64,000 bases of DNA, from the NCBI GenBank assembly GCA_945907065.1, contig CAMDSC010000002.1, forward strand, positions 96,803-160,802, given 5' to 3'. Position numbers and translations under genes: made by a program. The stretch is from Chitinophaga pinensis. Lineage in GTDB: Bacteria; Bacteroidota; Bacteroidia; NS11-12g; UBA9320. This document shows, piece after piece, positions 20,698 through 31,387 of the stretch; the stretch's first letter is position 1; each line of letters opens with the position of its first letter. The notes beneath the pieces were generated by a model. The model worked only from the letters and a program-made list of their open reading frames with translations. It did not search any database and was not told the DNA's origin.

Positions 20698-20713
20698 AAC
20701 AATTCCTATACCA
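20698..20713 (-). promoter_or_regulatory. Putative sigma54-like -24/-12 element
   Basis: Minus strand TGGTAT-AGGAA-TTGTT; imperfect -12 box. Confidence 0.35.
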
Positions 20714-20736
20714 AAGATACAATATAAATTTAATAG

Positions 20737-22212
20737 ATGGCATTTCAAAAAATAAAACGGGAGGACGATTACTCAAAATGGTACAACAATTTAGTTGTAA
20801 ATGCAGATTTGGCCGAGCATTCGGCTGTTAGAGGCTGCATGGTTATTAAACCTTACGGTTATGCTATTTGGGAAAAAATGCAGCAGCAATTAGACAAAAG
20901 GTTTAAAGAAACTGGACACAGCAATGCCTATTTCCCTTTGTTTGTTCCCAAAAGTTTATTTGAAGCCGAAGAAAAAAATGCCGAAGGCTTTGCTAAAGAA
21001 TGTGCCGTAGTTACGCATTACCGCTTAAAGTCGGACCCAAATAATCCGGGAAAACTTATCGTAGACCCTGACGCAAAATTGGAAGAAGAACTGATAGTTA
21101 GACCTACCTCAGAAGCCATTATTTGGAGTACTTACAAAAACTGGATTCAAAGTTACCGCGACTTGCCTTTGCTCATTAATCAATGGGCCAACGTGGTGAG
21201 ATGGGAAATGCGAACCCGTCTATTTTTAAGAACTGCTGAATTCTTATGGCAAGAAGGACATACTGCTCACTCTACTAGACAGGAGGCGATTGAAGAAGCA
21301 GAACGTATGTTAGATGTGTATGCCGAGTTTGCCGAAACTTTTTTAGCAATTCCGGTTATCCGAGGGGTAAAAACTCCGAATGAACGATTTGCCGGAGCCG
21401 AAGAAACTTATACAATTGAAGGGATGATGCAGGATGGCAAAGCCCTACAAATGGGAACTTCACATTTTTTAGGGCAAAATTTTGCCAAAGCATTTGATGT
21501 AAAATTTGCTACCAAGGAAGGCACTCAGGAATATGTGTGGGCCACCAGCTGGGGAGTAAGTACCCGATTAATGGGGGCTTTAATCATGGCTCACTCCGAT
21601 GATGAAGGATTGATTTTACCGCCAAGCATAGCACCTATTCAGGTAGTTATAATACCTATTTATAAAGGCGAAGAAGAATTGGGAACCATTTCTCAAAAAG
21701 TTAAACCTTTGCAGGAAGCTTTAAAAAAAGCAGGTATTTCGGTAAAATATGATGACCGCGATACGCAACGTAGCGGCTGGAAATTTGCCGAATATGAATT
21801 GAAAGGTGTTCCGGTTAGGATTGCTATTGGCCCTAGAGATTTACAAAATAACACGGTTGAAATAGCCCGTCGCGACACCAAAGAAAAAATGAGTTTGAGT
21901 ATGGATGGACTAACCGAAACAATTCAAAATCTTTTGGAGGAAATTCAAACAAATATTTATACCAAAGCCAAAAAATACCAACAAAGCAATATTAATGAGG
22001 TAAATACCTGGGCTGAATTTGAAGCCGCTTTAGAAAAAGGTGGATTTGTCAGTGCCCATTGGGATGGAACCCCTGAAACTGAAGAAAAAATAAAAGATGA
22101 AACTAAGGCTACAATTCGTTGCATTCCTTTAGATAATAATTTAGAAGAAGGAGTTTGTATACTAAGCGGAAAGCCAAGTAAGAAAAGGGTTTTGTTTGCA
22201 AGGGCGTATTAA
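20737..22212 (+). CDS. proS: Proline--tRNA ligase (eukaryote/archaea-like type)
   Basis: [46 protein letters not shown]-terminal FARAY. Confidence 0.97.
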   Translation: MAFQKIKREDDYSKWYNNLVVNADLAEHSAVRGCMVIKPYGYAIWEKMQQQLDKRFKETGHSNAYFPLFVPKSLFEAEEKNAEGFAKECAVVTHYRLKSDPNNPGKLIVDPDAKLEEELIVRPTSEAIIWSTYKNWIQSYRDLPLLINQWANVVRWEMRTRLFLRTAEFLWQEGHTAHSTRQEAIEEAERMLDVYAEFAETFLAIPVIRGVKTPNERFAGAEETYTIEGMMQDGKALQMGTSHFLGQNFAKAFDVKFATKEGTQEYVWATSWGVSTRLMGALIMAHSDDEGLILPPSIAPIQVVIIPIYKGEEELGTISQKVKPLQEALKKAGISVKYDDRDTQRSGWKFAEYELKGVPVRIAIGPRDLQNNTVEIARRDTKEKMSLSMDGLTETIQNLLEEIQTNIYTKAKKYQQSNINEVNTWAEFEAALEKGGFVSAHWDGTPETEEKIKDETKATIRCIPLDNNLEEGVCILSGKPSKKRVLFARAY

Positions 22213-22261
22213 GTTAAAAACTAAAAGTATAAAATGATTTTCAACTTTTAGTTTTTAACTT
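22211..22261. repeat. Perfect 18-bp inverted repeat of heptamer type; probable bidirectional terminator
   Basis: AAGTTAAAAACTAAAAGT / ACTTTTAGTTTTTAACTT; the same arm recurs at 17002-17019 and 39955-39971. Confidence 0.8.
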
Positions 22262-22269
22262 TTAACTAT

Positions 22270-22602
22270 TCACTCCCCAGTCCCCTCTCCCAACTTCACC
22301 TCTAACCCATCCAATTCAGGGGTTAGCTTAAGCTGGCAACTAAGGCGACTGTATGGAATATCCAATAAAAAGGCATCATCCAACATCGCTTCTTCATCTT
22401 CCGACATGGGTGGCAAAGCCCTACTGTTGCAAACCACCACATGGCATGAGGCACACATAGCCATTCCTCCACAGGTTGCTTTTATTTGCATATCGTTGGC
22501 ACGGATAGCCTCCATTAAATTTAGGCCCATATCCGTAGGTACCTTTATTTGATGTTTATTTCCTAAAAGGTCGGTAATATTAATATTTATCACTGCTTCC
22601 AT
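22270..22602 (-). CDS. fdx: 2Fe-2S ferredoxin (adrenodoxin type)
   Basis: CGGMAMCASCHV...SRLSCQ. Confidence 0.92.
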   Translation of the reverse strand: MEAVININITDLLGNKHQIKVPTDMGLNLMEAIRANDMQIKATCGGMAMCASCHVVVCNSRALPPMSEDEEAMLDDAFLLDIPYSRLSCQLKLTPELDGLEVKLGEGTGE

Positions 22603-22608
22603 TTTCTA

Positions 22609-23616
22609 TTAAAAAGCTTTAACACCACTTACTGTGGTATATTTTAGCACAAGGTTTTTATCGGGATAAATATACTTATGGGCCGATTGCACCATAAGTG
22701 CAGCTTCGTGAAATCCACACAAAATCAACCTTAACTTTCCGGGATAATCATTAATATCACCAATGGCATATATGCCGGGAATATTGGTACTGTAATCCTG
22801 CGGATTTACTTTTATTGATTCCTTATGTAGATTTAAATTCCAATGTTTTAGTGGTCCAAGCTTGGGTGAAAGTCCAAATAATGGTATAAAATAATCGGCA
22901 GAAACCTTTGTAATTTCATCGTTGTCAAAATTTGTAATTTCCAAATTTTCAAGCTTTCCGACTCCGTTAATACCGGTTACTTCTGAATTAAGAACTAATT
23001 TAATTTTGCCATTAGCTGCCAAATCGTTTACTTTTTTTACCGAATCCAAATGCCCGCGAAAACTAGTTCTACGATGAATCAAGGTTACGCTTTTAGCCAC
23101 ATCTGCCAAAAAAATTGTCCAATCCAATGCTGAATCTCCTCCACCCGATATTACAACGTTTTTATCTCTGTACTTTTCAGGGTCTTTTACAATATAATCC
23201 ACGCCCTTATCTTCAAAATCAATAAGGTTTGGAATTTCAGGCTTTCGCGGTTCAAAACAACCCAAACCTGCGGCTATTGCTATAACCGGTGCCAAATGCT
23301 CTGTACCTTTATTAGTAGTAAGTTTCCAGCGTCCATCTTCCATTTTTTCGATATGCTCGGCCCGTTCGCCCAAAGTATATCCTGGCTTAAAAGGCTCAGC
23401 TTGTTTTGTAAGATTTTTAACCAAATCTCCAGCCATTACTATTGGGAAACCTGGAATATCGTAGATTGGTTTTTTAGGGTAAATTTCGGTAAGCTGTCCT
23501 CCTGCTGTAGGTAATGAATCTATAAGATGGCAATGAAGTTGGACAAGGCCAGCCTGAAACACAGTGAACAAACCACATGGTCCGGCTCCTATTATTAATA
23601 TATCGGTTTCAATCAC
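22609..23616 (-). CDS. Ferredoxin--NADP+ reductase (thioredoxin-reductase-like)
   Basis: GAGPCGLF, GGQLTEIYPKKPIYDIPGF, GGGDSALDW, GIYAIGD; adjacent to the ferredoxin. Confidence 0.9.
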   Translation of the reverse strand: MIETDILIIGAGPCGLFTVFQAGLVQLHCHLIDSLPTAGGQLTEIYPKKPIYDIPGFPIVMAGDLVKNLTKQAEPFKPGYTLGERAEHIEKMEDGRWKLTTNKGTEHLAPVIAIAAGLGCFEPRKPEIPNLIDFEDKGVDYIVKDPEKYRDKNVVISGGGDSALDWTIFLADVAKSVTLIHRRTSFRGHLDSVKKVNDLAANGKIKLVLNSEVTGINGVGKLENLEITNFDNDEITKVSADYFIPLFGLSPKLGPLKHWNLNLHKESIKVNPQDYSTNIPGIYAIGDINDYPGKLRLILCGFHEAALMVQSAHKYIYPDKNLVLKYTTVSGVKAF

Positions 23617-23803
23617 TCGTTTTTGTTATAAAAATAATTGGCTGCAAAGTTACATTTGAAAAACAGATTAAAGTAGAATAAAGTTTTTATTATTGATCAA
23701 CCTATTCTTAGTTTAACTTTAGTTTTTATAATAAATCAGGTTTTAATGCCTTGATTTTACTCAATGAAATTATATTTGTAAAGCAAAAATAATTTGCCAT
23801 CTT

Positions 23804-24340
23804 ATGATGAACTATATTTATCAAGATAATCTTGAAACCCCTCGCCTTATTACCTGAAAACTTACTTTGGATAACATTTTACCTTGGACTGTTCTTTTTA
23901 AAGATAAAGAGGTAGTTGAATATTTCCCTGCATTTAAAGGTTCGGATGAAGAACGATCTACCCAATGGATTAAACGGCAACAAAGCCGATATGAGGAAAA
24001 TAAATTTGGACTTCAAGCTCTTATTGATAAAAAAACAAATCAGTTTATTGGTCAATGTGGCTTGCTAATGCAGGAAGTGGATAGGGAAACTGAAATTCAA
24101 GTAGGGTATCATATTTTTAAAAGATTTTGGGGTCAAGGTTTTGCGCCCGAAGCTGCCAAACTTTTTATTGATTATGCCTTTAAAAACAACTTAAGCAATT
24201 CTATTATTTCAATCATCAATATTAATAATATCAGATCGCAACAGGTGGCCGAAAAAAACGGTTTGGTAAGAGAAAAACAAACGAATTGGCTTGACCTTAA
24301 TGTTTATATTTATAGAATAAAGAAAGAGGATTGGAGGTGA
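23804..24340 (+). pseudogene. GNAT (RimJ/RimL-type) N-acetyltransferase interrupted by in-frame TGA at 23855-23857
   Basis: ATG 23804 reads MMNYIYQDNLETPRLIT*KLTLDNILPW, in frame with the downstream GNAT ORF (FIGQCGL, FWGQGFAPEAA, NIRSQQVAEKNG). Confidence 0.75.
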
Positions 24341-24441
24341 AATATTAATTTCTTTCTTTTTGCGAATAAAAAATTCTAAACTTTGAAGTTGTTATCTATC
24401 CAATTGATTTGTATAAATAACTTTGCACCTTGAAATAGATA

Positions 24442-25071
24442 ATGGAAAACTTTGACCGAAAAAAACACTGGGAAACGATTTACCAAACGACAGAACTTAA
24501 AGATGTAAGTTGGTTTCAGCCTAGTCCTGAAACTTCATTGAATTTTTTCAACGAAAATAATGTACCGTTGACTGCCAAAATAATAGATATTGGTGGTGGT
24601 GATAGTTTTTTGGTTGACTATTTACTCGATTTGGGTTATCAGGATATCACGGTACTTGATATTTCTAAAAATGCTCTGGAACGGGCCAAACTTCGCTTGG
24701 GTATTAGAGCAAATAGAGTGAAATGGATAGTAGCGGATGCAGCTAATTTTAACCCCTCAGAATTATATGACTTTTGGCACGATAGGGCAGCATTTCATTT
24801 TTTGACAAACGAACAGGAAATAACTACCTATCTCGAAACAGTTCAAAAAAGCATAAAACCAAATGGTATTTTGGTAGTAGGAACTTTTTCGGAACAAGGC
24901 CCAAATAAATGCAGTGGTATTGATATCAAGCAATATTCAGAGGTATCAATGACTGAAAGATTAAAGGCTTACTTTGAAAAAATAAAGTGTATTACCGTTG
25001 ACCATAAAACCCCCTTTGATACCATTCAAAACTTTGTTTTTTGCAGTTTCAGAAAAACACAATCGACTTAG
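24442..25071 (+). CDS. Class I SAM-dependent methyltransferase
   Basis: IIDIGGGDS, VLDIS, WHDRAAFHFL. Confidence 0.88.
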   Translation: MENFDRKKHWETIYQTTELKDVSWFQPSPETSLNFFNENNVPLTAKIIDIGGGDSFLVDYLLDLGYQDITVLDISKNALERAKLRLGIRANRVKWIVADAANFNPSELYDFWHDRAAFHFLTNEQEITTYLETVQKSIKPNGILVVGTFSEQGPNKCSGIDIKQYSEVSMTERLKAYFEKIKCITVDHKTPFDTIQNFVFCSFRKTQST

Positions 25072-25160
25072 ATTAACTAGTGCCACATTTTCTTTTTTAA
25101 GAACAATTATTATTAAATCATCGTTTAAAATTTATTTTTAATGGCGTTATTTGCAGCTTG

Positions 25161-26351
25161 ATGGATACCAGACTTGCTAACAGGGTTTATTATTTTGAAG
25201 AATCGCAAACCTTGGAGATGGCCAAAAAAGCCCGCGAGCTATCGGCTAAAGGTATAAAAGTAATTAATCTTAGCCTTGGCGAACCGGATTTTGCCACCCC
25301 AAAACATATTATTGATGCTGCAAAAAAAGCCATGGATGATGGTTTTACAAAATACACACCAGTAGCAGGATTTGCAGATTTAAGGCAAGCTATTTCAGAT
25401 AAATTTTTACACGATAATGGACTCAATTATTCTTTAAACCAAATTGTAGTTTCTTCAGGAGCAAAACATTCAATAATGAATGTGATATTGGCCTTGATAA
25501 ACCCAGGTGACGAGGTTATAATTCCTAATCCTTACTGGGTAAGTTACAGTGAAATGGTAAAGTTAGCTTCAGGCAAACCTGTATTTGTTCCTTCTAATAT
25601 TTTAAATAATTATAAATCACCTGCCAGTGCTATTGAAGCAGCTATAACAACAAAAACAAAAATGTTCCTTTTTTCCTCACCCTGCAATCCCAGTGGTTCG
25701 GTTTATAGTAAAGCAGAGTTAAAGGAAATTGCAGATGTTTTTGCAAAATATCCAAACATTTATATTGTATCGGATGAAATATATGAGCATATAAATTTTG
25801 TTTCAAAACACGAAAGTATTGGGCAGTTTGAATCGATATCGGATAGAGTAATTACTATAAATGGTGTAGCAAAAGCGTTTGCCATGACAGGATGGAGAAT
25901 AGGTTATATTGGTGCTCCTGAGTATATAGCCAAAGCCTGTGAAAAACTGCAAGGTCAGTTTACAAGCGGTGCCAATAGTATTGCTCAAAAAGCCACTTTA
26001 GCAGCTTTGCAAGGCTCATTAGAACCTACAAAAGCTATGGTAGCTGAATATTTAAGTCGAAGAAATCTAGTATTAAAGAGATTGGAAGAAATACCGGGTA
26101 TTACATCCAATATGCCAGATGGAGCCTTTTATGTTTTTCCTGATTTTAGCTATTTTATTGGCAAAACTTTAAAAGGTAGAACCATTAGTTCAACCCGTGA
26201 TCTTTGCTATTATTTACTTGAAGAAGCCCATGTTTCTGTAGTATCAGGTGAGGCATTTGGCAATCCTGAATGTATCCGTATTTCATATTCATTAAATCAA
26301 AATGATTTAAATTTTGCCTTTGACAAACTTAAAGTAGCCTTAACAATATAA
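25161..26351 (+). CDS. PLP-dependent class I aminotransferase (aspartate aminotransferase-like)
   Basis: LGEPDF, SPCNPSG, SDEIYEH, AKAFAMTGWRIGY, GAFY. Confidence 0.92.
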   Translation: MDTRLANRVYYFEESQTLEMAKKARELSAKGIKVINLSLGEPDFATPKHIIDAAKKAMDDGFTKYTPVAGFADLRQAISDKFLHDNGLNYSLNQIVVSSGAKHSIMNVILALINPGDEVIIPNPYWVSYSEMVKLASGKPVFVPSNILNNYKSPASAIEAAITTKTKMFLFSSPCNPSGSVYSKAELKEIADVFAKYPNIYIVSDEIYEHINFVSKHESIGQFESISDRVITINGVAKAFAMTGWRIGYIGAPEYIAKACEKLQGQFTSGANSIAQKATLAALQGSLEPTKAMVAEYLSRRNLVLKRLEEIPGITSNMPDGAFYVFPDFSYFIGKTLKGRTISSTRDLCYYLLEEAHVSVVSGEAFGNPECIRISYSLNQNDLNFAFDKLKVALTI

Positions 26352-26362
26352 AAATTATTTAA

Positions 26363-27343
26363 ATGTCCATTTCTTCTCAGATAGAATCCTTTTCAAAATT
26401 GAAAATTGTAGTAATTGGTGATGTAATGGTTGATGCCTATTATTTTGGGTCGGTTGATAGAATTTCGCCAGAGGCCCCTGTACCTGTTATTTCAGTTTCT
26501 AAAAAAGATCACAGACCGGGAGGAGCGGCAAATGTTGCCTTAAATTTAATAAGTTTTGGAGCAAAAGTTTTATTGTGTTCAGTTATTGGTTCGGATGAGG
26601 AAGGCCGAGAATTGATGTCACTTTTAAATAATGAAAAAATTGACACAAGCGGAATTTTTACGGACAACTTGCGACCCACTACAATGAAGACTCGCGTAAT
26701 TTCAAGCAATCACCATTTATTGCGAATTGACCATGAAACTACCGAATATATTTCCTCTGAAACCGAAAATTTTTTAATAGATTTTGTTAATAAATCAATC
26801 CATACAATTGATGCTATTATTTTAGAAGATTACAATAAAGGGTTGTTGACTGAACGGTTAATTTCGGAGGTGATTTCAATTGCTAATCATAATAATATCT
26901 CTACCATCGTTGATCCAAAAAAAGAAAATTTCTTTGCTTATAAAAATTGTACTCTTTTTAAACCCAACCGAAAAGAAATAAAAGAAGGGTTAAAAACAGA
27001 TTTAGATTTAACACTAACTGCCAATGTTGAGAAAGCTGCTGATGAACTAATGAATATTTTGGGCTGTAAAAATATTATGGTGACTCTTTCCGAAGATGGC
27101 GTATTTGTAAAATCTGCAAAAAAATCTGCACACATCAAAGCGCATAAGCGAAAAATTACCGATGTTAGTGGTGCTGGAGATACGGTGGTTAGTTTAGCTG
27201 CTCTTTGTTTAGCTTCAGGTATGGAACTATCCCAAACGGCAGAAATAGCTAATATTGCCGGAGGCTTGGTTTGTCAAAAAGTAGGTGTTGTGCCTATTAA
27301 TAGCAATGAACTTATAGAAGAAATTAAGAGGTTGAAAATTTGA
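26363..27343 (+). CDS. rfaE1: D-glycero-beta-D-manno-heptose-7-phosphate kinase (HldE/RfaE kinase domain only)
   Basis: RISPEAPVPV, PGGAANVA, DYNKG, DVSGAGDTV. Confidence 0.88.
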   Translation: MSISSQIESFSKLKIVVIGDVMVDAYYFGSVDRISPEAPVPVISVSKKDHRPGGAANVALNLISFGAKVLLCSVIGSDEEGRELMSLLNNEKIDTSGIFTDNLRPTTMKTRVISSNHHLLRIDHETTEYISSETENFLIDFVNKSIHTIDAIILEDYNKGLLTERLISEVISIANHNNISTIVDPKKENFFAYKNCTLFKPNRKEIKEGLKTDLDLTLTANVEKAADELMNILGCKNIMVTLSEDGVFVKSAKKSAHIKAHKRKITDVSGAGDTVVSLAALCLASGMELSQTAEIANIAGGLVCQKVGVVPINSNELIEEIKRLKI

Positions 27344-27410
27344 GAATCAGATATACACATCTTAACCACGTTCAATTCTTGTCATTTTCTAATTACTACC
27401 TTTGCAACCA

Positions 27411-28901
27411 ATGAAAAAAATTTCATCTGCATTAATTTCTGTTTACGACAAAGAAGGTCTTGAGCCAATCTTAAATATGCTCCAAAAGTTGGGGGTAAAA
27501 ATTTATTCAACCGGCGGCACACAAACTTTTATTGAAAATTTAAATATGGAAGTAACCCCTGTTGAAGAACTAACCGGGTTCCCTTCCATACTTGGCGGAA
27601 GAGTGAAAACTTTGCATCCAGCAATATTTGGAGGAATTTTATATAGAAGAGAAAACCAACAAGATATTGAAGAAATAGAAAAATTCGGAATTCCGCCAAT
27701 TGATTTGGTAATTGTAGATTTATACCCTTTTGAAGAAACCTTAGAAAACAAAGGTTTGGAAGATGAAGTTATTGAAAAAATAGATATTGGAGGAGTTTCA
27801 TTAATACGTGCAACAGCTAAAAACTTTAGCAATACAGTTATAGTAGCCAATAAAAATTTGTATCCTCAATTATTAAAACATCTGACGGAACAGGAAGGGA
27901 ATACTTCACTCGAAACACGAAAGTATTATGCTGAACAAGCTTTTGCTACTACATCGCATTACGATACAGCTATTCATAATTTTTTTGCAGGCAAAAAAAA
28001 TTACGAATTGAGGTATGGTGAAAACCCACATCAAACAGCAACATTTACTGGAAATTTAGAAACTCTTTTCAAAAAACATCAAGGCAAAGAATTGTCTTAT
28101 AACAATCTTTTAGATATTGATGCCGCACTTGCATTGGTAATTGATTTCCCTAAAACTGAACCGGTTTTTGCTATTATTAAACATAATAATGCATGCGGAT
28201 TGGCAATTAGGCCTACACTTCATGAAGCCTATTTAGCAGCCCTTGCCGGCGATCCTGTTTCGGCATTTGGTGGAATATTATGTTGTAATGCCGAAGTAGA
28301 TGCTGCTACAGCTTTGGAAATGGACAAGTTGTTTTTTGAAATAATTATGGCTCCAGGCTATTCTGCAGAAGCTATTCAAATTCTTCAAAGCAAGAAGAAC
28401 AGAAATATTCTTGAAATGATAGATACCAAATTACCAAATCAACTTTCGAGAACGATATTGAACGGAACACTTACTCAGGATCGTGATTCAATAACAGAAA
28501 CTATTTCAAATTTTAATACGGTGACGAATACACAACCAACAGATGCCGAAAAAAGAGACATGGTAGTAGCCAATATTTTAGTGAAACACACAAAATCAAA
28601 TGCTATAATTTTGGTAAAAGATAATCAGTTACTAGCATCAGGTACTGGTCAAACAAGCCGAGTAGATGCACTAAATCAAGCTATTCATAAATCAAATCAT
28701 TTTGGATTTTCTTTGAAAGGCGCTGTAATGTCGAGTGATGCTTTTTTCCCTTTCCCTGATTGTGTAGAAATAGCTCATAATGCAGGAATCAGCGCTGTAA
28801 TTCAGCCAGGCGGTTCAATAAAGGATAATCTTTCTATCGATTATTGCAACGCAAATAATATGGCAATGGTGATTACAGGAAACCGCCATTTCAAGCATTA
28901 A
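27411..28901 (+). CDS. purH: Bifunctional AICAR transformylase/IMP cyclohydrolase
   Basis: ALISVYDK, GGRVKTLHP, LRYGENPHQ, SDAFFPF, QPGGS, RHFKH. Confidence 0.97.
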   Translation: MKKISSALISVYDKEGLEPILNMLQKLGVKIYSTGGTQTFIENLNMEVTPVEELTGFPSILGGRVKTLHPAIFGGILYRRENQQDIEEIEKFGIPPIDLVIVDLYPFEETLENKGLEDEVIEKIDIGGVSLIRATAKNFSNTVIVANKNLYPQLLKHLTEQEGNTSLETRKYYAEQAFATTSHYDTAIHNFFAGKKNYELRYGENPHQTATFTGNLETLFKKHQGKELSYNNLLDIDAALALVIDFPKTEPVFAIIKHNNACGLAIRPTLHEAYLAALAGDPVSAFGGILCCNAEVDAATALEMDKLFFEIIMAPGYSAEAIQILQSKKNRNILEMIDTKLPNQLSRTILNGTLTQDRDSITETISNFNTVTNTQPTDAEKRDMVVANILVKHTKSNAIILVKDNQLLASGTGQTSRVDALNQAIHKSNHFGFSLKGAVMSSDAFFPFPDCVEIAHNAGISAVIQPGGSIKDNLSIDYCNANNMAMVITGNRHFKH

Positions 28902-29000
28902 TAGAATAATAAACTTGAGTAAAAATATTTTTTTTCAATTAGTAACAAAACACCTCAATTCACAATAAATTTGTAAGATTTTTAAACAGAATTCGCTTTA

Positions 29001-30023
29001 ATGGGCATTTTTAACTTTTTAACACAAGAATTAGCTATAGACTTAGGCACGGCAAACACCTTAATAGTTTATAAAGACAAAGTAGTAGTGGACGAACCAT
29101 CCATTATTGCTAAAAACAGAACTACTGGTGAAATAATTGCAATAGGCAAAGAGGCTCAAAAAATGCATGGCAAAGCCCATGAAAACATTAAGACTATAAG
29201 GCCATTAAAAGATGGTGTAATAGCAGATTTTGAAGCCGCCGAGCAAATGATTAGGGGAATGATTAAGCTTATCAATCCTAATAAAACCTTTTTTAAACCT
29301 CAACTTAAAATGGTTATTTGCATCCCTTCAGGCATTACCGAGGTAGAAAAACGAGCCGTAAAAGAATCAGCAGAAAGGGCCGGTGCCAAAGAAGTATATC
29401 TCATACATGAGCCTATGGCAGCTGCAATAGGAATTGGTATTGATGTGGCCGAGCCAATGGGCAATATGATAATTGATATTGGAGGCGGAACTACAGAAAT
29501 TGCAGTTATAGCTTTGTCAGGTATTGTTTGTGACCAAAGTATTCGTGTTGCCGGTGATGATTTTACCGAAGATATTATTGAATACATGCGTCGTCAGCAT
29601 AATCTATTAATTGGTGAAAGGACGGGAGAAATGATAAAAATTGAAGTTGGTTCTGCCCTTCCTGAATTGGATAACCCACCAGAAGATTACCCGGTTAATG
29701 GACGTGACCTTATGACTGGAATTCCAAAACAAATTTTTATTTCTTATTCTGAAATTGCCCTGTCACTGGATAAATCTATTTCTAAAATAGAAGAAGCGGT
29801 ATTAAAAGCATTGGAACTTACCCCACCTGAACTAAGTGCTGATATTTACAAAACCGGATTATACCTTACCGGTGGTGGAGCTTTGTTGAGAGGTTTAGAT
29901 AAACGGATTTCTATAAAATCAAAACTACCTGTATATGTAGCTGAAGACCCACTTCGTGCTGTAGTTAGAGGAACCGCTTATGCGTTAAAAAATCTTGAAT
30001 CTTTTAAATCAATAATGCAATAA
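29001..30023 (+). CDS. mreB: Rod shape-determining protein MreB
   Basis: IDLGTANT, RPLKDGVIADF, DIGGGTTE, TGGGALL. Confidence 0.97.
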   Translation: MGIFNFLTQELAIDLGTANTLIVYKDKVVVDEPSIIAKNRTTGEIIAIGKEAQKMHGKAHENIKTIRPLKDGVIADFEAAEQMIRGMIKLINPNKTFFKPQLKMVICIPSGITEVEKRAVKESAERAGAKEVYLIHEPMAAAIGIGIDVAEPMGNMIIDIGGGTTEIAVIALSGIVCDQSIRVAGDDFTEDIIEYMRRQHNLLIGERTGEMIKIEVGSALPELDNPPEDYPVNGRDLMTGIPKQIFISYSEIALSLDKSISKIEEAVLKALELTPPELSADIYKTGLYLTGGGALLRGLDKRISIKSKLPVYVAEDPLRAVVRGTAYALKNLESFKSIMQ

Positions 30024-30048
30024 TTAACAAACCCATCGGGGAAACTAA

Positions 30049-30879
30049 ATGCGTAATTTTTTCCTCTTCATACAACGTTATTCTCACTTCTTTTTGTTCC
30101 TGATTCTTGAATCTGTGGCATTTTATGCTATTTATTCTTTTAATAATTATCATCACGCCGTATTGTTAAATACTTCCAATAATGTGAATGGTTATATTCT
30201 TACACAGCGTTCAAATATTACGAAATACTTTACACTTGGAGAAGAAAATGAAAGGCTTCAATTAGAAAACAATGCTCTACGCAAGCAAGTTTTAGAATCT
30301 TATTATATTGATAAAGGAGATACCATCCGAAATACCGATACTGCTTTCCGTCAAAAATTTACATACATACCGGGTAATGTTATTCAAAATTCAACCGATT
30401 TAGTTAATAATTATATTACGATTGATAAAGGCACACGGCACGGTGTAAAAATAAACAAAGGAGTAATTGGTCCGCAGGGATTAGTTGGAAGAGTTGTGGC
30501 TGTTTCTGAAAATTTTTGTATTGTAATGTCTGTACTTAACAGTAAGTTTAGTATAATACCAAAGTCAACAAATAATGCCTACCTCGGAAAACTTGCGTGG
30601 AAAGGCGGCTCTCCATATTATGTAACAATAGAAAGGATTAATAAATTTAATTTAATAAAAAAAGGAGATATTATAAAAACTTCAAGTTCCAAAATTTTTC
30701 CTGAAAACTTAACTATTGGAAAAGTTGTAGAAGTAAAAACGGATCCTGGTAATTCATATTTTAATGTAAAAATAAAATTAGCTACAAACTTTACAAATTT
30801 GCGAAGTGTATACATAATTAACAATTTGCAAATTGAGGAAATAGAAACATTAGAACAACGCATACAAGGTGGCAATTAG
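30049..30879 (+). CDS. mreC: Rod shape-determining protein MreC
   Basis: TM plus coiled coil, ITIDKG, GLVGRV; operon position. Confidence 0.9.
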   Translation: MRNFFLFIQRYSHFFLFLILESVAFYAIYSFNNYHHAVLLNTSNNVNGYILTQRSNITKYFTLGEENERLQLENNALRKQVLESYYIDKGDTIRNTDTAFRQKFTYIPGNVIQNSTDLVNNYITIDKGTRHGVKINKGVIGPQGLVGRVVAVSENFCIVMSVLNSKFSIIPKSTNNAYLGKLAWKGGSPYYVTIERINKFNLIKKGDIIKTSSSKIFPENLTIGKVVEVKTDPGNSYFNVKIKLATNFTNLRSVYIINNLQIEEIETLEQRIQGGN

Positions 30880-31387
30880 TATACTCAGACATATATTCGC
30901 TTTTATTATACTTGCAGGGTTGCAGGTGTTAATATTGAACGGTTTAGATATAAGTAGTTATATTAATCCGCAGGTATTTATTCTATTTTTATTGTTACTA
31001 CCAGTTAATACAGAAATTTGGTTTTGTCTAATTGCCGGTTTTATTAGTGGTTCCATTGTAGATGGATTATCAAACACAAATGGAATTCATGCTTTTGCCG
31101 GAACAGCTTTAGGCTACTTTCGTTTTTTTTATATAAAATTTTCTTTAGACAAAGAAGAAATAGAAAGGGGAATGTCGCCCAACTTAAAAAATATGCCAAT
31201 AAGTTGGCACTTTTTCTACCTACTTATTTGCTCTTTAATCTATCATTGGATCGTTTTTTTCATGGAAGCCTTTACGTTTACAGGGCTAGGGGCATTAACA
31301 CTAAAATCAGTAACAAGTGCAATAATTGCAACTTTTATTATGTTACTAATAGGTTTTTTATTTAGCCGCAAAACTACCAATGTCTGA
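30869..31387 (+). CDS. mreD: Rod shape-determining protein MreD
   Basis: Polytopic membrane protein between mreC and mrdA. Confidence 0.8.
   Translation: MAISILRHIFAFIILAGLQVLILNGLDISSYINPQVFILFLLLLPVNTEIWFCLIAGFISGSIVDGLSNTNGIHAFAGTALGYFRFFYIKFSLDKEEIERGMSPNLKNMPISWHFFYLLICSLIYHWIVFFMEAFTFTGLGALTLKSVTSAIIATFIMLLIGFLFSRKTTNV

Noticed and set aside
23855..23857. Selenocysteine or alternative genetic code at the TGA
   Set aside because: The position corresponds to Arg rather than Cys, and TGA terminates other genes in this window
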